From positions 1,964,769 to 2,028,768 of the forward strand of contig OZ244779.1 in NCBI GenBank assembly GCA_965219575.1: DNA of 64,000 nucleotides, in the 5' to 3' direction. Shown here piece after piece: positions 51,002 through 60,515 of the stretch (positions within the stretch are counted from its first letter, which is position 1; the number at the start of each line of letters is the position of its first letter). The notes under the pieces are model-generated. The model made no database searches and was not told the origin of the DNA. It worked only from the letters and a program-made list of their open reading frames with translations. A program made the position numbers and the translations under genes. This DNA comes from Candidatus Oxydemutatoraceae bacterium. Its GTDB lineage: Bacteria > Pseudomonadota > Gammaproteobacteria > Poriferisulfidales > Oxydemutatoraceae.

Positions 51002-51694
51002 CTACGTATTTTGTATCGGGTGGCGTAAATATACCGGCAAGGCTCGGTCGGCCGGTAACGTATCACCCGATGAAAGCGGTAGCATCGCCAAGCGTAGCAG
51101 TGTGGTCGCCCGAGGCAATTCGGACGCATCCCACCGTATCAATCGCTCACCCAAGGTTTGTTCTAATACGGTGCGATAGATCGGCGCGGCAGTACCTGCA
51201 ACTATGCCTTTGAATGTATCGGGCACCACCAATTTCTCCGGCGTAGCGATGCCTTCATCGGCTATTGCTTTCACCAAATCACCGTCTTTTTCATAATAGC
51301 CGTAATAGACTTCTTCCATACGCGCATCCATGGCAACCAAGGCTTGTGTCTCCTCGCTTTGCGCCAACGCCTGCAAGGCAACCGCTTGTAGGTCGGAGAT
51401 TGCCACCACCGGCAGAGTATGGGCATACGCTAAGCCCTGCACCAAAGATGCGGCGATGCGCACACCGGTAAAAGAGCCGGGTCCGCGTCCGTAGACCAAT
51501 GCATCCAGTTCGACGGTATCTATTTTCGCCTCCTCCAAAACAGCCTGACACATCTCGAAGATTAAACTGTGATGTTGACGGGGTGCTATATCGAAACGTT
51601 GATGAACCACGCCGCTGCTCAATAACGCTGCCGAGCAGGCTTCGGTCGCAGTATCAACCGCTAAGATATTAGGATTGTCCGGGACTCCGTTCAT
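51002..51694 (-). CDS. tsaB: tRNA threonylcarbamoyladenosine biosynthesis protein TsaB
   Basis: ILAVDTATEACS, GPGSFTGVRI, MDARMEEVY and PVYLR motifs. Confidence 0.95.
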   Translation of the reverse strand: MNGVPDNPNILAVDTATEACSAALLSSGVVHQRFDIAPRQHHSLIFEMCQAVLEEAKIDTVELDALVYGRGPGSFTGVRIAASLVQGLAYAHTLPVVAISDLQAVALQALAQSEETQALVAMDARMEEVYYGYYEKDGDLVKAIADEGIATPEKLVVPDTFKGIVAGTAAPIYRTVLEQTLGERLIRWDASELPRATTLLRLAMLPLSSGDTLPADRALPVYLRHPIQNT

Positions 51695-51702
51695 CGAGCG
51701 GA

Positions 51703-53649
51703 TTATTTCAGATAGGGTTCGAGCGATGCAAGATCGGAACACTGCTTCATGTCCGGCAGACTACGCAAAAAGATGCTCCCGTAATTCATTCTTTTTAGAC
51801 GCGGATCGCCGATGACAACGACTCCCGTATCGGTTTCGCTACGAATCAGGCGACCCACCCCTTGTCGTAGCGTAATAATCGCCTCCGGCAAAACATACTC
51901 CTTAAAAAAATCTCGCCCCACCTTTTGATAAAAAGCCTTGCGCGCTTGTAGCAACGGGTCGGGCACTCCGAAGGGCAAACGGTCTATGACCAAACAACGC
52001 AGGGTGTCTCCTTTCAAATCTATTCCGTTCCAAAAGCTACTGGTACCCAACAATACCGCTTTATCTGCTTCGATAAAACGACCGATGAGTGCCTGCTTGG
52101 GTGCTTTATTCTGCACCAACAAGGTATATTGGTTGCCGGTCTCTAGAAGTTCTTCGGCTCGATACAGTGCCTTATAGCTCGTGAATAATAAAAGGGCACG
52201 ACCCTCGGACATCGATAGTATCGGAGCAACTCGCTCAATTAAGCGGTCGGTGTAATCTTTATCATCGGGTGGCGGCATTCGATCGGGCAAATACAGTGCT
52301 GCCTGCGCTTGATAATCAAAGGGGCTTGCAAAAGATTTACACGGCTTGTTGTCATCGCCGCAGTCGGATAGAAAATACGAAAAATCGTCTTTCACCGAAA
52401 GCGTCGCAGAGGTATACACCCAGTTGGCATCATACTGTTTGCTTTTTTCCGCCAGTAAACCGGAAACATCTACGGGACTCAAATAAATATGGAAAGTCTT
52501 AGTCTTAGGATGGCGATTAATCCACGCCAGCCCGGCGACCTCTCCTACTTTGGCATCATCGCCGGACCTACATACCGACTCTATAAATTTAAACATCGTC
52601 GTGATGCGCTGTATGCAGTTTTCCCACTGCTCGGACTCTACCTTATACGGTGCGAGTGCTCGTATCAGTGCGTTGCCGTGCTCTACAAAATGTCGGTAGT
52701 ATTCGGCAAAGGAAGAATGCTCTCGCAAAGTCTTAACCGATGCCCGCTCGCCTAGCGTTTGAAAAATTTTGGAGAACTGTCCAAAACTTTTAGTGCACGA
52801 GCCCATTAAATCCGTTATACGCACATCGGGTTCGGTTTCCTCCTTGATCAGCCCGTTGATTTCCTTCAGTAAGTCGGTGAACTGCCGGCTACTAAAGCTC
52901 TCGGTAAAATTCCTCTCGGCAAAATCTTTTAGCTGATGGGCTTCGTCTACGATTATTAATTCGGCTTGTGGCAAAAAATCTGCAAAGCCTTCTTCTTTGA
53001 GTGTCATGTCCGCCATCAACAGCGCATGGTTGATAATGACTACATCGGCTTCCGCCGCTTTTTGGCGAGCGTTCAGGACATAGCAACTATCGTAATACTG
53101 GCAATCTTTTCTCAAGCAGTTTTCGGCAGTAGAAGTCAACCACGACCACAGCAAATCATCCTCCGCAATATCGGACATCGAACTAATGTCACCGTCGGTA
53201 GTTCCGAAAGACCATTGTTCCACTTGATTGATTTTAGCGGCGCGTGTTTTATCCAATACCGGTTGGGTCGTCGCCTGATTCATTCTTTCCATGCACAAAT
53301 AATTCGCCCGCCCCTTGAGTAGTGCCGGCCGGCAATCGATCCCCAGCGCATCTATAACCACCGGCAAATCCTTAAAATAAATCTGGTCTTGCAAATGACG
53401 CGTTGCGGTGGAGACTATGGTGCGCTTCCCGGACAACAGGGCGGGTATCAAATAAGCAAAAGTTTTACCGATGCCGGTGCCCGCCTCGCAAACCAAATCG
53501 TGTTGTGCCGAAATCGCCTCGGCAACCGCCGCTGCCATCTTTTGCTGTTCGCTACGAACATTGAAATTGCTAATCACTCCGGCGAGTTTACCGCGCTCGG
53601 ATAATGCGTCGAAGCTCAAGTCTATCAATTTATGTTTTTGGTGATTCAT
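51703..53649 (-). CDS. ATP-dependent DNA helicase, DinG/YoaA family
   Basis: EAGTGIGKT, KGRANYLC, Fe-S cysteines, DEAH, TSATL, QGVGRLIR. Upstream of tsaB, as yoaA is. Confidence 0.92.
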   Translation of the reverse strand: MNHQKHKLIDLSFDALSERGKLAGVISNFNVRSEQQKMAAAVAEAISAQHDLVCEAGTGIGKTFAYLIPALLSGKRTIVSTATRHLQDQIYFKDLPVVIDALGIDCRPALLKGRANYLCMERMNQATTQPVLDKTRAAKINQVEQWSFGTTDGDISSMSDIAEDDLLWSWLTSTAENCLRKDCQYYDSCYVLNARQKAAEADVVIINHALLMADMTLKEEGFADFLPQAELIIVDEAHQLKDFAERNFTESFSSRQFTDLLKEINGLIKEETEPDVRITDLMGSCTKSFGQFSKIFQTLGERASVKTLREHSSFAEYYRHFVEHGNALIRALAPYKVESEQWENCIQRITTMFKFIESVCRSGDDAKVGEVAGLAWINRHPKTKTFHIYLSPVDVSGLLAEKSKQYDANWVYTSATLSVKDDFSYFLSDCGDDNKPCKSFASPFDYQAQAALYLPDRMPPPDDKDYTDRLIERVAPILSMSEGRALLLFTSYKALYRAEELLETGNQYTLLVQNKAPKQALIGRFIEADKAVLLGTSSFWNGIDLKGDTLRCLVIDRLPFGVPDPLLQARKAFYQKVGRDFFKEYVLPEAIITLRQGVGRLIRSETDTGVVVIGDPRLKRMNYGSIFLRSLPDMKQCSDLASLEPYLK

Positions 53650-54131
53650 GTTTTTTCTATTAATACGATGCCGTGTGCGGCAATTCCTTCTCGACGACCG
53701 ATAAAACCCAATGTCTCGGTGGTCGTTGCCTTGATATTGACACACGCCTCGGGAACATCGATCACCTCGGCGACGGATCGTCTAATTTTTACGACGAACG
53801 GCGATAATTTGGGTGCTTGTGCAATCACCGTTGCATCGACATTGACGACCTGATAGCCTTTGTCCGCCACCATCAGGCACACTTGTTTTAGCAAATGTTT
53901 GCTGGCAATATTCTTGAAACGGTCGTCGTCGTCGGGGAAATGACCGCCGATATCGCCTAGGGCGGCAGCCCCGAGTAAAGCATCGCAAAGTGCGTGTAAT
54001 AATACATCGCCGTCGGAGTGCGCTTTCAAACCGTACTGATAAGGAATTTTAAGACCTCCAATATACAGATGATCGCCCTCGCAAAAAGCGTGTACATCAA
54101 AACCGCTACCTATTCTTATGCCGGTTTTCAT
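53646..54131 (-). CDS. ispF: 2-C-methyl-D-erythritol 2,4-cyclodiphosphate synthase
   Basis: RIGSGFDVH, HSDGDVLLHA and KATTTE motifs. Confidence 0.96.
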   Translation of the reverse strand: MKTGIRIGSGFDVHAFCEGDHLYIGGLKIPYQYGLKAHSDGDVLLHALCDALLGAAALGDIGGHFPDDDDRFKNIASKHLLKQVCLMVADKGYQVVNVDATVIAQAPKLSPFVVKIRRSVAEVIDVPEACVNIKATTTETLGFIGRREGIAAHGIVLIEKT

Positions 54132-54835
54132 CGTTGCGTTTCACCGAACCATCGCCGAGCGTTTTCTATATCGGCAGGATAGGTAATTTTAATATTTTGC
54201 GCATCACCCAATACCACTCGCACCTCGTGCTGTGCGTGTTGCATGGCAGCAGCTTCGTCGTCTATGCCGATGCCGTCGTTGAGTGCTTTATCCAAAGCGT
54301 CGCACAGCAAGCGATAACGAAACATTTGCGGCGTTGCGGCGCGCACCCATAAATTGTCTCGGCTCAAGGTGTCGACGACGCATAAGCCATTGCGATCTGT
54401 GGTGCGTCGCACGCGTTTAATTGAATCGCTGACGGCAATTGCCAATATCGCACCGACAGGATTGTCCCAAGTAGATTTAATAAATTGTTCCAAGGTCTCG
54501 GCTTTAAGACAAGGTCTTACCGCATCGTGAACAACGACCCAGTCTTCTGCATCGGCTTTTAATTGTGCCAGTGCGTTGCGCACCGATTGCGCACGGCTCG
54601 ACCCACCGCTGCATACCGCTATGTGCGGGTCGTTTGAAATAGATGTGTGCTGCCAATAACTATCGTCTTCGCCGAGCGCAACAACTATCGTATCGACCGT
54701 AGTGCATCGTAGCAATGGTGCAAGGCTATGTTCTATGATATGTTTGCCTGCCACCTTTATATATTGCTTAGGCCGGTTGACATCCATACGCTGCCCCACA
54801 CCGGCCGCCGGCACGATGCCCCAACACCTCGTCAC
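54128..54835 (-). CDS. ispD: 2-C-methyl-D-erythritol 4-phosphate cytidylyltransferase
   Basis: PAAGVGQRM...PKQY, VHDAVRP, TPQMF and NIKITYP motifs. Confidence 0.95.
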   Translation of the reverse strand: MTRCWGIVPAAGVGQRMDVNRPKQYIKVAGKHIIEHSLAPLLRCTTVDTIVVALGEDDSYWQHTSISNDPHIAVCSGGSSRAQSVRNALAQLKADAEDWVVVHDAVRPCLKAETLEQFIKSTWDNPVGAILAIAVSDSIKRVRRTTDRNGLCVVDTLSRDNLWVRAATPQMFRYRLLCDALDKALNDGIGIDDEAAAMQHAQHEVRVVLGDAQNIKITYPADIENARRWFGETQR

Positions 54836-55170
54836 TGCGGTATATCCTTTGCCGTATCTTGCTGCTCTATGACTTTGAAAAAAGTCTCACCGGGCTTAAT
54901 CATACCTAAATCTTCACGAGCAAGTTCTTCGAGAACGCTGCCACCGTGTTTCAAATCGGCAATCTCGCTCATCAGCCTTTGGTTACGCTCTCTCAATACT
55001 TCGTTGTTCGCTGCCTCGAGCGCATTGGCGCGCTTTAGTTCCCAAAGTTCCAATACACCGCGCTCACCGAACAACGAGACAAGCAGAGATAAAAGAACCA
55101 TAAATAATCCGATACCGATTAGGCGCAATTTGATACTGTGATTTTGTTTAGGTCCGCTTTTTTTAACCAT
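54832..55170 (-). CDS. ftsB: Cell division protein FtsB
   Basis: TM helix, coiled coil and EELAREDLGMIKPGETF, upstream of ispD. Confidence 0.9.
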   Translation of the reverse strand: MVKKSGPKQNHSIKLRLIGIGLFMVLLSLLVSLFGERGVLELWELKRANALEAANNEVLRERNQRLMSEIADLKHGGSVLEELAREDLGMIKPGETFFKVIEQQDTAKDIPQ

Positions 55171-55768
55171 GCTCGCTTTGCATCTTCAATAAACGTTCAA
55201 TATAACGGGCAATCAAGTCCACCTCTATATTGACACAATCGCCGACTTTCTTATCCGCAAAACTTGTCTCCTGCAAAGTATGGGGAATAAGATTAACATG
55301 AAAATTATGGTCCGCAACTTTATGCGACACCAAACTCGTACCGTTGACACATACCGAACCTTTGGGTGCGATGTATTTCATCAAACGCTCGGCGGCTTCT
55401 ATTTGCAACCATCGGGTTTGATTTTCGGTTGTGATCTCCGATATGGTGCCGACCCCGTCGACATGACCACTGACCAAATGACCGTCAAAACGATCCGATA
55501 CCGCCAGTGCTGATTCCAAATTAACCCGATCCCCTATGTTCAATTCTTTCAATGTAGTACACGATAAAGTCTCATCGGACGTTTCAACGCAAAAGGAATG
55601 TGAGTCAAGTGCCACTACCGTCAAGCACACGCCGTCGACCGCAATACTCGCACCGATTGAAAGCTGGCGGCGCGCATCGAATTGGGTTTCAAAACAAAGA
55701 CGGCGTGGGCTTCGTGACACATCGCTTAGCGATAACTTGGCAACCGCTTCTATAATTCCACTAAACAT
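55163..55768 (-). CDS. ribE: Riboflavin synthase (alpha chain)
   Basis: MFSGII start, SIAVDGVCLT, VNLE, GHLVSGHVDG and VNIEVD motifs. Confidence 0.94.
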   Translation of the reverse strand: MFSGIIEAVAKLSLSDVSRSPRRLCFETQFDARRQLSIGASIAVDGVCLTVVALDSHSFCVETSDETLSCTTLKELNIGDRVNLESALAVSDRFDGHLVSGHVDGVGTISEITTENQTRWLQIEAAERLMKYIAPKGSVCVNGTSLVSHKVADHNFHVNLIPHTLQETSFADKKVGDCVNIEVDLIARYIERLLKMQSEHG

Positions 55769-55843
55769 TACTGCATAGAGTACCACTGCTCGCCCAATAG
55801 AGCAAATAGAACCGCCCATGTGTTATATTAGTCAATCGTATGT

Positions 55844-55920
55844 GCGCCCGTAGCTCAGTTGGATAGAGTACCTGGCTACGAACCAGGGGGTCGGAGGTTC
55901 GAATCCTTTCGGGCGCGCCA
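55844..55920 (+). tRNA. tRNA-Arg (anticodon ACG)
   Basis: GCGCCCG acceptor stem, D-arm AGCTCAGTTGGATAGAG, anticodon arm CCTGG-CTACGAA-CCAGG, GGTTCGAATCC T-loop, encoded CCA. Confidence 0.97.
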
Positions 55921-55930
55921 CTTTAAGACC

Positions 55931-57784
55931 ATGAAGTTCGTATTGATAAAAATATTAATTGCCGTCTTCCTAATATGCCGGACATCGTTCTCTTTGTTGT
56001 CGGCAAACGAACACGACACTTCCGCAGAGGCGCAGCCGCAATCCTCGGAGGTTTATGCGGAACAACTGCAACAAATGATCTCCGAACAGAATAACGCCAT
56101 CGGGATTTATAAAAAACAACTGGACAAACCGAAAATAACGGACTCCGATCTGTTGGTTTTAGCCGAACACCTGATAGCCGAATTGCAAGCATGGATTGAG
56201 CTAGACTTACCTTTCCTCCATTCGGAACGCAGCCTACGCATCAAAGGTTTGCGCAACATGATGACCGCAGCCGATTTAGATGCAACAGAAAAGATACGCC
56301 GCATACTAGAAGCCTACCGAATCGAAGCCGAATACGGCTTTTCTTTTGAAAGCTATAGAGGAAAACTCGAAGAAGATGATGTGGTCGTCGATTTTATGCA
56401 CATCGGTAGAAATATCTTGATCTATAAAAGTTTGGACGGTCGGCAAGTGGGGGCTTGGAACCGACATACATCCGATTGGCATGCGTTAAACAACAGGTAT
56501 CGCTATCCGGTCGAGCAGGCTTTTAATGTTGCCCACAAAGGCGTGGCACCCGGGATTTTATTACTGCCCGTCCAGTTGACACAACCTGCCGCACGCAACA
56601 TTCCTCCCGTAGAACAGGTCTCGGAAGACACGACGACACCTGCACAAACGCAGCAAACACCTACAGAAATAACGACTTTAGAAACACTGCTCGAAGACAA
56701 AAAGCAACAAGCCTCCGAACTGCAATCTGCGTATTATCGGAAGCTGGGACAAGCAAAAGAACTAATTGCGATCGTCCGCAATACCGCCGAAGAACTGCAA
56801 ACAATGATCGCCGGATCTTTTATACCCTTGTTACTACCCGACTATCGCACCAGCCTGAATCCGCTATTGCAAGACGATCAAATCGTCGACATAGTCCACA
56901 TCGAAACCTTGCAAGCATTATTCATAGAACTTTATAAGCTACAAGCGCAAACGAGTTTCTTCGACACCGAAATAATACTGGAAGACGGCACATCCGCTAT
57001 GCGAGAAATCGTCCACATAGGACCTTTCAACTTGCTATACGACGACGAACTTCTAAGCTACGCCGCAGCTGTCAATCGCCCCGTCGTGCTAGCCAAATCC
57101 CCCAGCCCGTTCTTGTTGCTGATTGCCGACAGCATTAGCAAAGCCGATCTGGATGTCGGCTTCTTAAGAGCACCGGTAGATCTATCACAAGGTGCGGTGT
57201 TGACAACTTTGGATGCCTCGCTGAGCGTGATGGATCGTGTATGGCAAGGGGGGTGGGTCGCATATCTTATATCGGTACTGGGTATATACGGCATCCTATT
57301 GGTGGTGTACAAAATCGTTCTTTTACGACAATGCCTACGCTCGGTAGAAAAACAGAGATACGCTACCGAATATGACTCCGGCAATCCACTCGGACGAATC
57401 TTGAGTATCGCCGATCTAAGTAGCAATGCGGAAGAGGCAGAATGGCGGATCGAGCAAGCGGTGTTGAGAGAAACACCACTGCTGGAATGGGGCTTCAGTA
57501 CGATCAAAGTGCTGATCATCGCAGCCCCGTTGCTGGGTTTATTGGGAACCGTACTCGGTATGATAGAAACCTTCCAAGCGATTAGTTTATTCGGCACCAA
57601 CGATCCCAAAATCATGGCGCAAGGCATCAGCCAAGCGTTGGTGACAACCCTGCTGGGTCTATATGTTGCAATCCCGCTACTATTGCTCTATACCTGGGCG
57701 ATGTCGTACAACAAAGAAATACGCAACATACTGGAACACCAAAGCGCAGGGCTTTTAATACAACACGCAAATAGGATAACTTGA
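55931..57784 (+). CDS. DUF3450-like domain fused to a MotA/TolQ/ExbB proton-channel domain (TtpB-TtpC-like)
   Basis: N-part DLPFLHSER...EKIRRILEAYRIE.EYG, C-part APLLGLLGTVLGMIETF...GISQALVTT. The ORF-track start lies inside the tRNA, so ATG 55931 is preferred. Confidence 0.75.
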   Translation: MKFVLIKILIAVFLICRTSFSLLSANEHDTSAEAQPQSSEVYAEQLQQMISEQNNAIGIYKKQLDKPKITDSDLLVLAEHLIAELQAWIELDLPFLHSERSLRIKGLRNMMTAADLDATEKIRRILEAYRIEAEYGFSFESYRGKLEEDDVVVDFMHIGRNILIYKSLDGRQVGAWNRHTSDWHALNNRYRYPVEQAFNVAHKGVAPGILLLPVQLTQPAARNIPPVEQVSEDTTTPAQTQQTPTEITTLETLLEDKKQQASELQSAYYRKLGQAKELIAIVRNTAEELQTMIAGSFIPLLLPDYRTSLNPLLQDDQIVDIVHIETLQALFIELYKLQAQTSFFDTEIILEDGTSAMREIVHIGPFNLLYDDELLSYAAAVNRPVVLAKSPSPFLLLIADSISKADLDVGFLRAPVDLSQGAVLTTLDASLSVMDRVWQGGWVAYLISVLGIYGILLVVYKIVLLRQCLRSVEKQRYATEYDSGNPLGRILSIADLSSNAEEAEWRIEQAVLRETPLLEWGFSTIKVLIIAAPLLGLLGTVLGMIETFQAISLFGTNDPKIMAQGISQALVTTLLGLYVAIPLLLLYTWAMSYNKEIRNILEHQSAGLLIQHANRIT

Positions 57785-57786
57785 CA

Positions 57787-58305
57787 ATGCATTGGTTCAA
57801 CCTTGCCTACAGCCCGTTTTACGAACTCCAGGTGATTCGTGCCGAGGTACTCATCGTTCTGATAATCTCGGCGTTGATTATGTGGGTGCTGATTATAGAG
57901 CGTTATTTATATTTCATCTTCGTCAACAAACACACACAGGCGCGATACCTACAAAAATGGCAAACAACGGGTAGCAGGGTCGTCGGCGAACGGTGGCTAC
58001 TCAAATCGTATTACCTGTCGGAGTACCGCTCGCAAAGCGAGCGAGGCATCGGGTGGATACGGTTGTTCACCAGAATAAGTCTGCTGCTCGGACTATTGGG
58101 TACGGTACTCGGTTTGATCTCGGTGTTTGAGATGCAACTGCTCGCTGCGTCCAATTTGAACTTAGAAATATCGGGTAACATCGCATTGGCAATCATCCCG
58201 ACGACAACGGGGCTTTTAGTGAGCTTATCGGGGCTGCTCTTTGCAAGCCACCTGAGAAGTCTAGCGGACAATGCTATCTCCCGTCTGGACAGCCTATTTA
58301 TCTGA
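57787..58305 (+). CDS. exbB: MotA/TolQ/ExbB family protein (divergent)
   Basis: LIIERY, LLGLLGTVLGLISVF and IPTTTGL motifs. Confidence 0.8.
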   Translation: MHWFNLAYSPFYELQVIRAEVLIVLIISALIMWVLIIERYLYFIFVNKHTQARYLQKWQTTGSRVVGERWLLKSYYLSEYRSQSERGIGWIRLFTRISLLLGLLGTVLGLISVFEMQLLAASNLNLEISGNIALAIIPTTTGLLVSLSGLLFASHLRSLADNAISRLDSLFI

Positions 58306-58309
58306 TGCC

Positions 58310-58729
58310 ATGATTAGGAGTCGCCTGAACAAAGCCTATAGACCCGCGTCCGCCGAGGTTGAGATCAATTTGACGCCGATGTTGGATGTGGTTTTCATAC
58401 TTTTAATCTTCTTTATCATCACCGCCTCGTTCGTTCAGGAAACCGGCATCGAAGTCTCATTGTCGCAAGCAGAATCGGCAGTGCCACAAGAAGATAATCC
58501 TATCCGGATAAGCATCGATCGCTACGGCGAGATTCGGATTAAAGACCAAGCGATGGATATTAGAACATTACAAGGTATGCTACGAAAAATGCACCTTGAA
58601 AATCCGCAACGCGCAGTCGTCATACTTGCCGACAAAGCCTCCGACAATGCGAGTTTGGTTAAAGTACTGGACCGGGTTCATCGTGCCGGAATAGAAAACA
58701 TTGCCATCGCCGCCGAGTTGGATGAATAA
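58310..58729 (+). CDS. exbD: Biopolymer transport protein ExbD
   Basis: INLTPMLDVVFILLIFFIIT and ADK motifs. Confidence 0.92.
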   Translation: MIRSRLNKAYRPASAEVEINLTPMLDVVFILLIFFIITASFVQETGIEVSLSQAESAVPQEDNPIRISIDRYGEIRIKDQAMDIRTLQGMLRKMHLENPQRAVVILADKASDNASLVKVLDRVHRAGIENIAIAAELDE

Positions 58730-59327
58730 AATACTACGCTGGCTTATCGCATTGACGATAGCATCGTTGATTAGCTATGCGCTGTTTGCCGCAGTCGGAC
58801 AGCTTATAGGAACATTGCGCTATAACAATCCCTCAAATGATCGCCCTGCCGTATCGATAAATTTCCTGCCTATTTATAAAGATGAACCTAAACAGACCCC
58901 TAGTGATTCTCCTTCCGTGCCGGTGCCGGCGCAAACGCTCAACAATAATACCTATAAAGAACAAAGAGACAAATCGGCACCGATAGACGAAAAGCACAAG
59001 ACCGAAACACCACCGCAACCCGAACCGCTATCTATCACTAGACATACTCCTGCAAACCGAGACCTTGGCGCAGTCAGCCTGCAACCGATATTTAGAGTAG
59101 AACCGATCTATCCGATGTACGCAATCAAGCGAGGTATAGAAGGATGGGTGAGCATAGAGTTTGCGATCACCATGAACGGAAAAGTCGTCAACCCCAAGGT
59201 TACCGCATCCGACCCGCCTCGGATATTTGAAAAAACCGCCCTTAAGGCAATCTCTCAATGGCGTTATCCGCTCGGCAACAAAAGCAAATCAAGCGCACAT
59301 ATTAAGTTTGAACTACGCGACCGATAG
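58722..59327 (+). CDS. tonB: Energy transducer TonB
   Basis: N-terminal TM, Pro-rich linker and PIYP..A..RGIEGWV.IEF...G.V C-domain. Confidence 0.9.
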   Translation: MNKILRWLIALTIASLISYALFAAVGQLIGTLRYNNPSNDRPAVSINFLPIYKDEPKQTPSDSPSVPVPAQTLNNNTYKEQRDKSAPIDEKHKTETPPQPEPLSITRHTPANRDLGAVSLQPIFRVEPIYPMYAIKRGIEGWVSIEFAITMNGKVVNPKVTASDPPRIFEKTALKAISQWRYPLGNKSKSSAHIKFELRDR

Positions 59328-59670
59328 AACCGCCGTTTGTTGCAGTAGCACAAATAGCATGACTTTGTGCAGAACCTCAATGTAAATTACGAAATGTAGG
59401 GGCGGACTTATCAAAATTGCCGATTGACCTACTGGCTCAATCGGCGGCTGTATTCTGCCCGAAACCGTATCATGTTTGCACAATTAACGCGTTTACCATT
59501 AATATTATGGAAACCATAATTAGGTGGCGCAAGCGGTTGCGGTCATGCAAAATGGTATTTTTTTCAATAGTCCCACGATGCAACCACCCCATGGAGAGGC
59601 TTTACATTTTGTAATATCTACTAAGATTTTGCACAATGTCCCGCCGATTGAACCAGTAGGTCAATCAAGG
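59324..59670. repeat. Composite intergenic repeat containing both hairpin variants
   Basis: Variant hairpin from 59331, REP-nested hairpin 59396-59460, further hairpin near 59640. Confidence 0.8.
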
Positions 59671-59815
59671 GCTTCTGCAAGTTCATCCATATTTTTGATA
59701 CTGTTCGTCGGAAACGCGAAAAAGCACCCTCTAGCCGAATTTATAATCCGATTACGATTAGACGGCTTGCTATAACGCAGGCTCTTTCTTATAATTCAAC
59801 TTAAAGAGGTTAAAA

Positions 59816-60487
59816 ATGGAAAATATAGAGAATGTAGATAACTTAACGATTGAAACTATTTACAAAATGGTGCTCGAAATGAAGTCAAAGCTGGACTTTC
59901 TAGAATCGGAAACACATCCCCCACAATCGGACAAGGCAGGTTTGTACATGGAAAGTATAGACCTAAGACTAAACAATGTTGATACCGATATAGGAAGCAT
60001 GAACCTAAGACTAAGCAATGTTGAAACTGATATCGTAGACATGAAAACCGAGATGGCAGACATGAAAGCCGATATAAAAAATATAGAGCTGAGACTAAAC
60101 AATATTGATTCCGAAATTGTAAATATCAAAGCCGATATAAAAGGTATAGAACTGAGACTAAGTAGCCTTGAAACCGGGCAGGTAAAAATGCAAGCCGACA
60201 TAGAAAATATAGAACTGAGACTAAACAATGTCGAAGTTGAGATGGCGGCTATGAAAACCGATATTGTGAATATAAAAACCGATATTGTAGAAATGAAAAG
60301 GGACATTGCGACCATTGCAAGAGAACAATCTAAATTGAGAGATGACATCTTAAGAGAACAATCTAAATTGAGAGATGACATTTATAAATTGAGAGATAAC
60401 ATTTATAAGTGGGGTGTTGGGCTCGCTATCGGCATTTTTGTTTCGGTATGTTCTATTCTCAGTGTGGTCGTGCTCTTTGTGAACTAA
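59816..60487 (+). CDS. Coiled-coil repeat protein with C-terminal TM anchor (DUF1640/Bdr-like architecture)
   Basis: IELRLNN / IKADI heptad repeats, REQSKLRDDI duplication, KWGVG plus hydrophobic tail, GAGG RBS. Confidence 0.7.
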   Translation: MENIENVDNLTIETIYKMVLEMKSKLDFLESETHPPQSDKAGLYMESIDLRLNNVDTDIGSMNLRLSNVETDIVDMKTEMADMKADIKNIELRLNNIDSEIVNIKADIKGIELRLSSLETGQVKMQADIENIELRLNNVEVEMAAMKTDIVNIKTDIVEMKRDIATIAREQSKLRDDILREQSKLRDDIYKLRDNIYKWGVGLAIGIFVSVCSILSVVVLFVN

Positions 60488-60515
60488 TGCCAAGAGCACG
60501 GGCTATTGCGGCTGA

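Noticed and set aside
55844-55920. tRNA-Arg as the integration site of a genomic island
   Set aside because: No integrase is adjacent and I saw no duplicated tRNA 3' end in the window.
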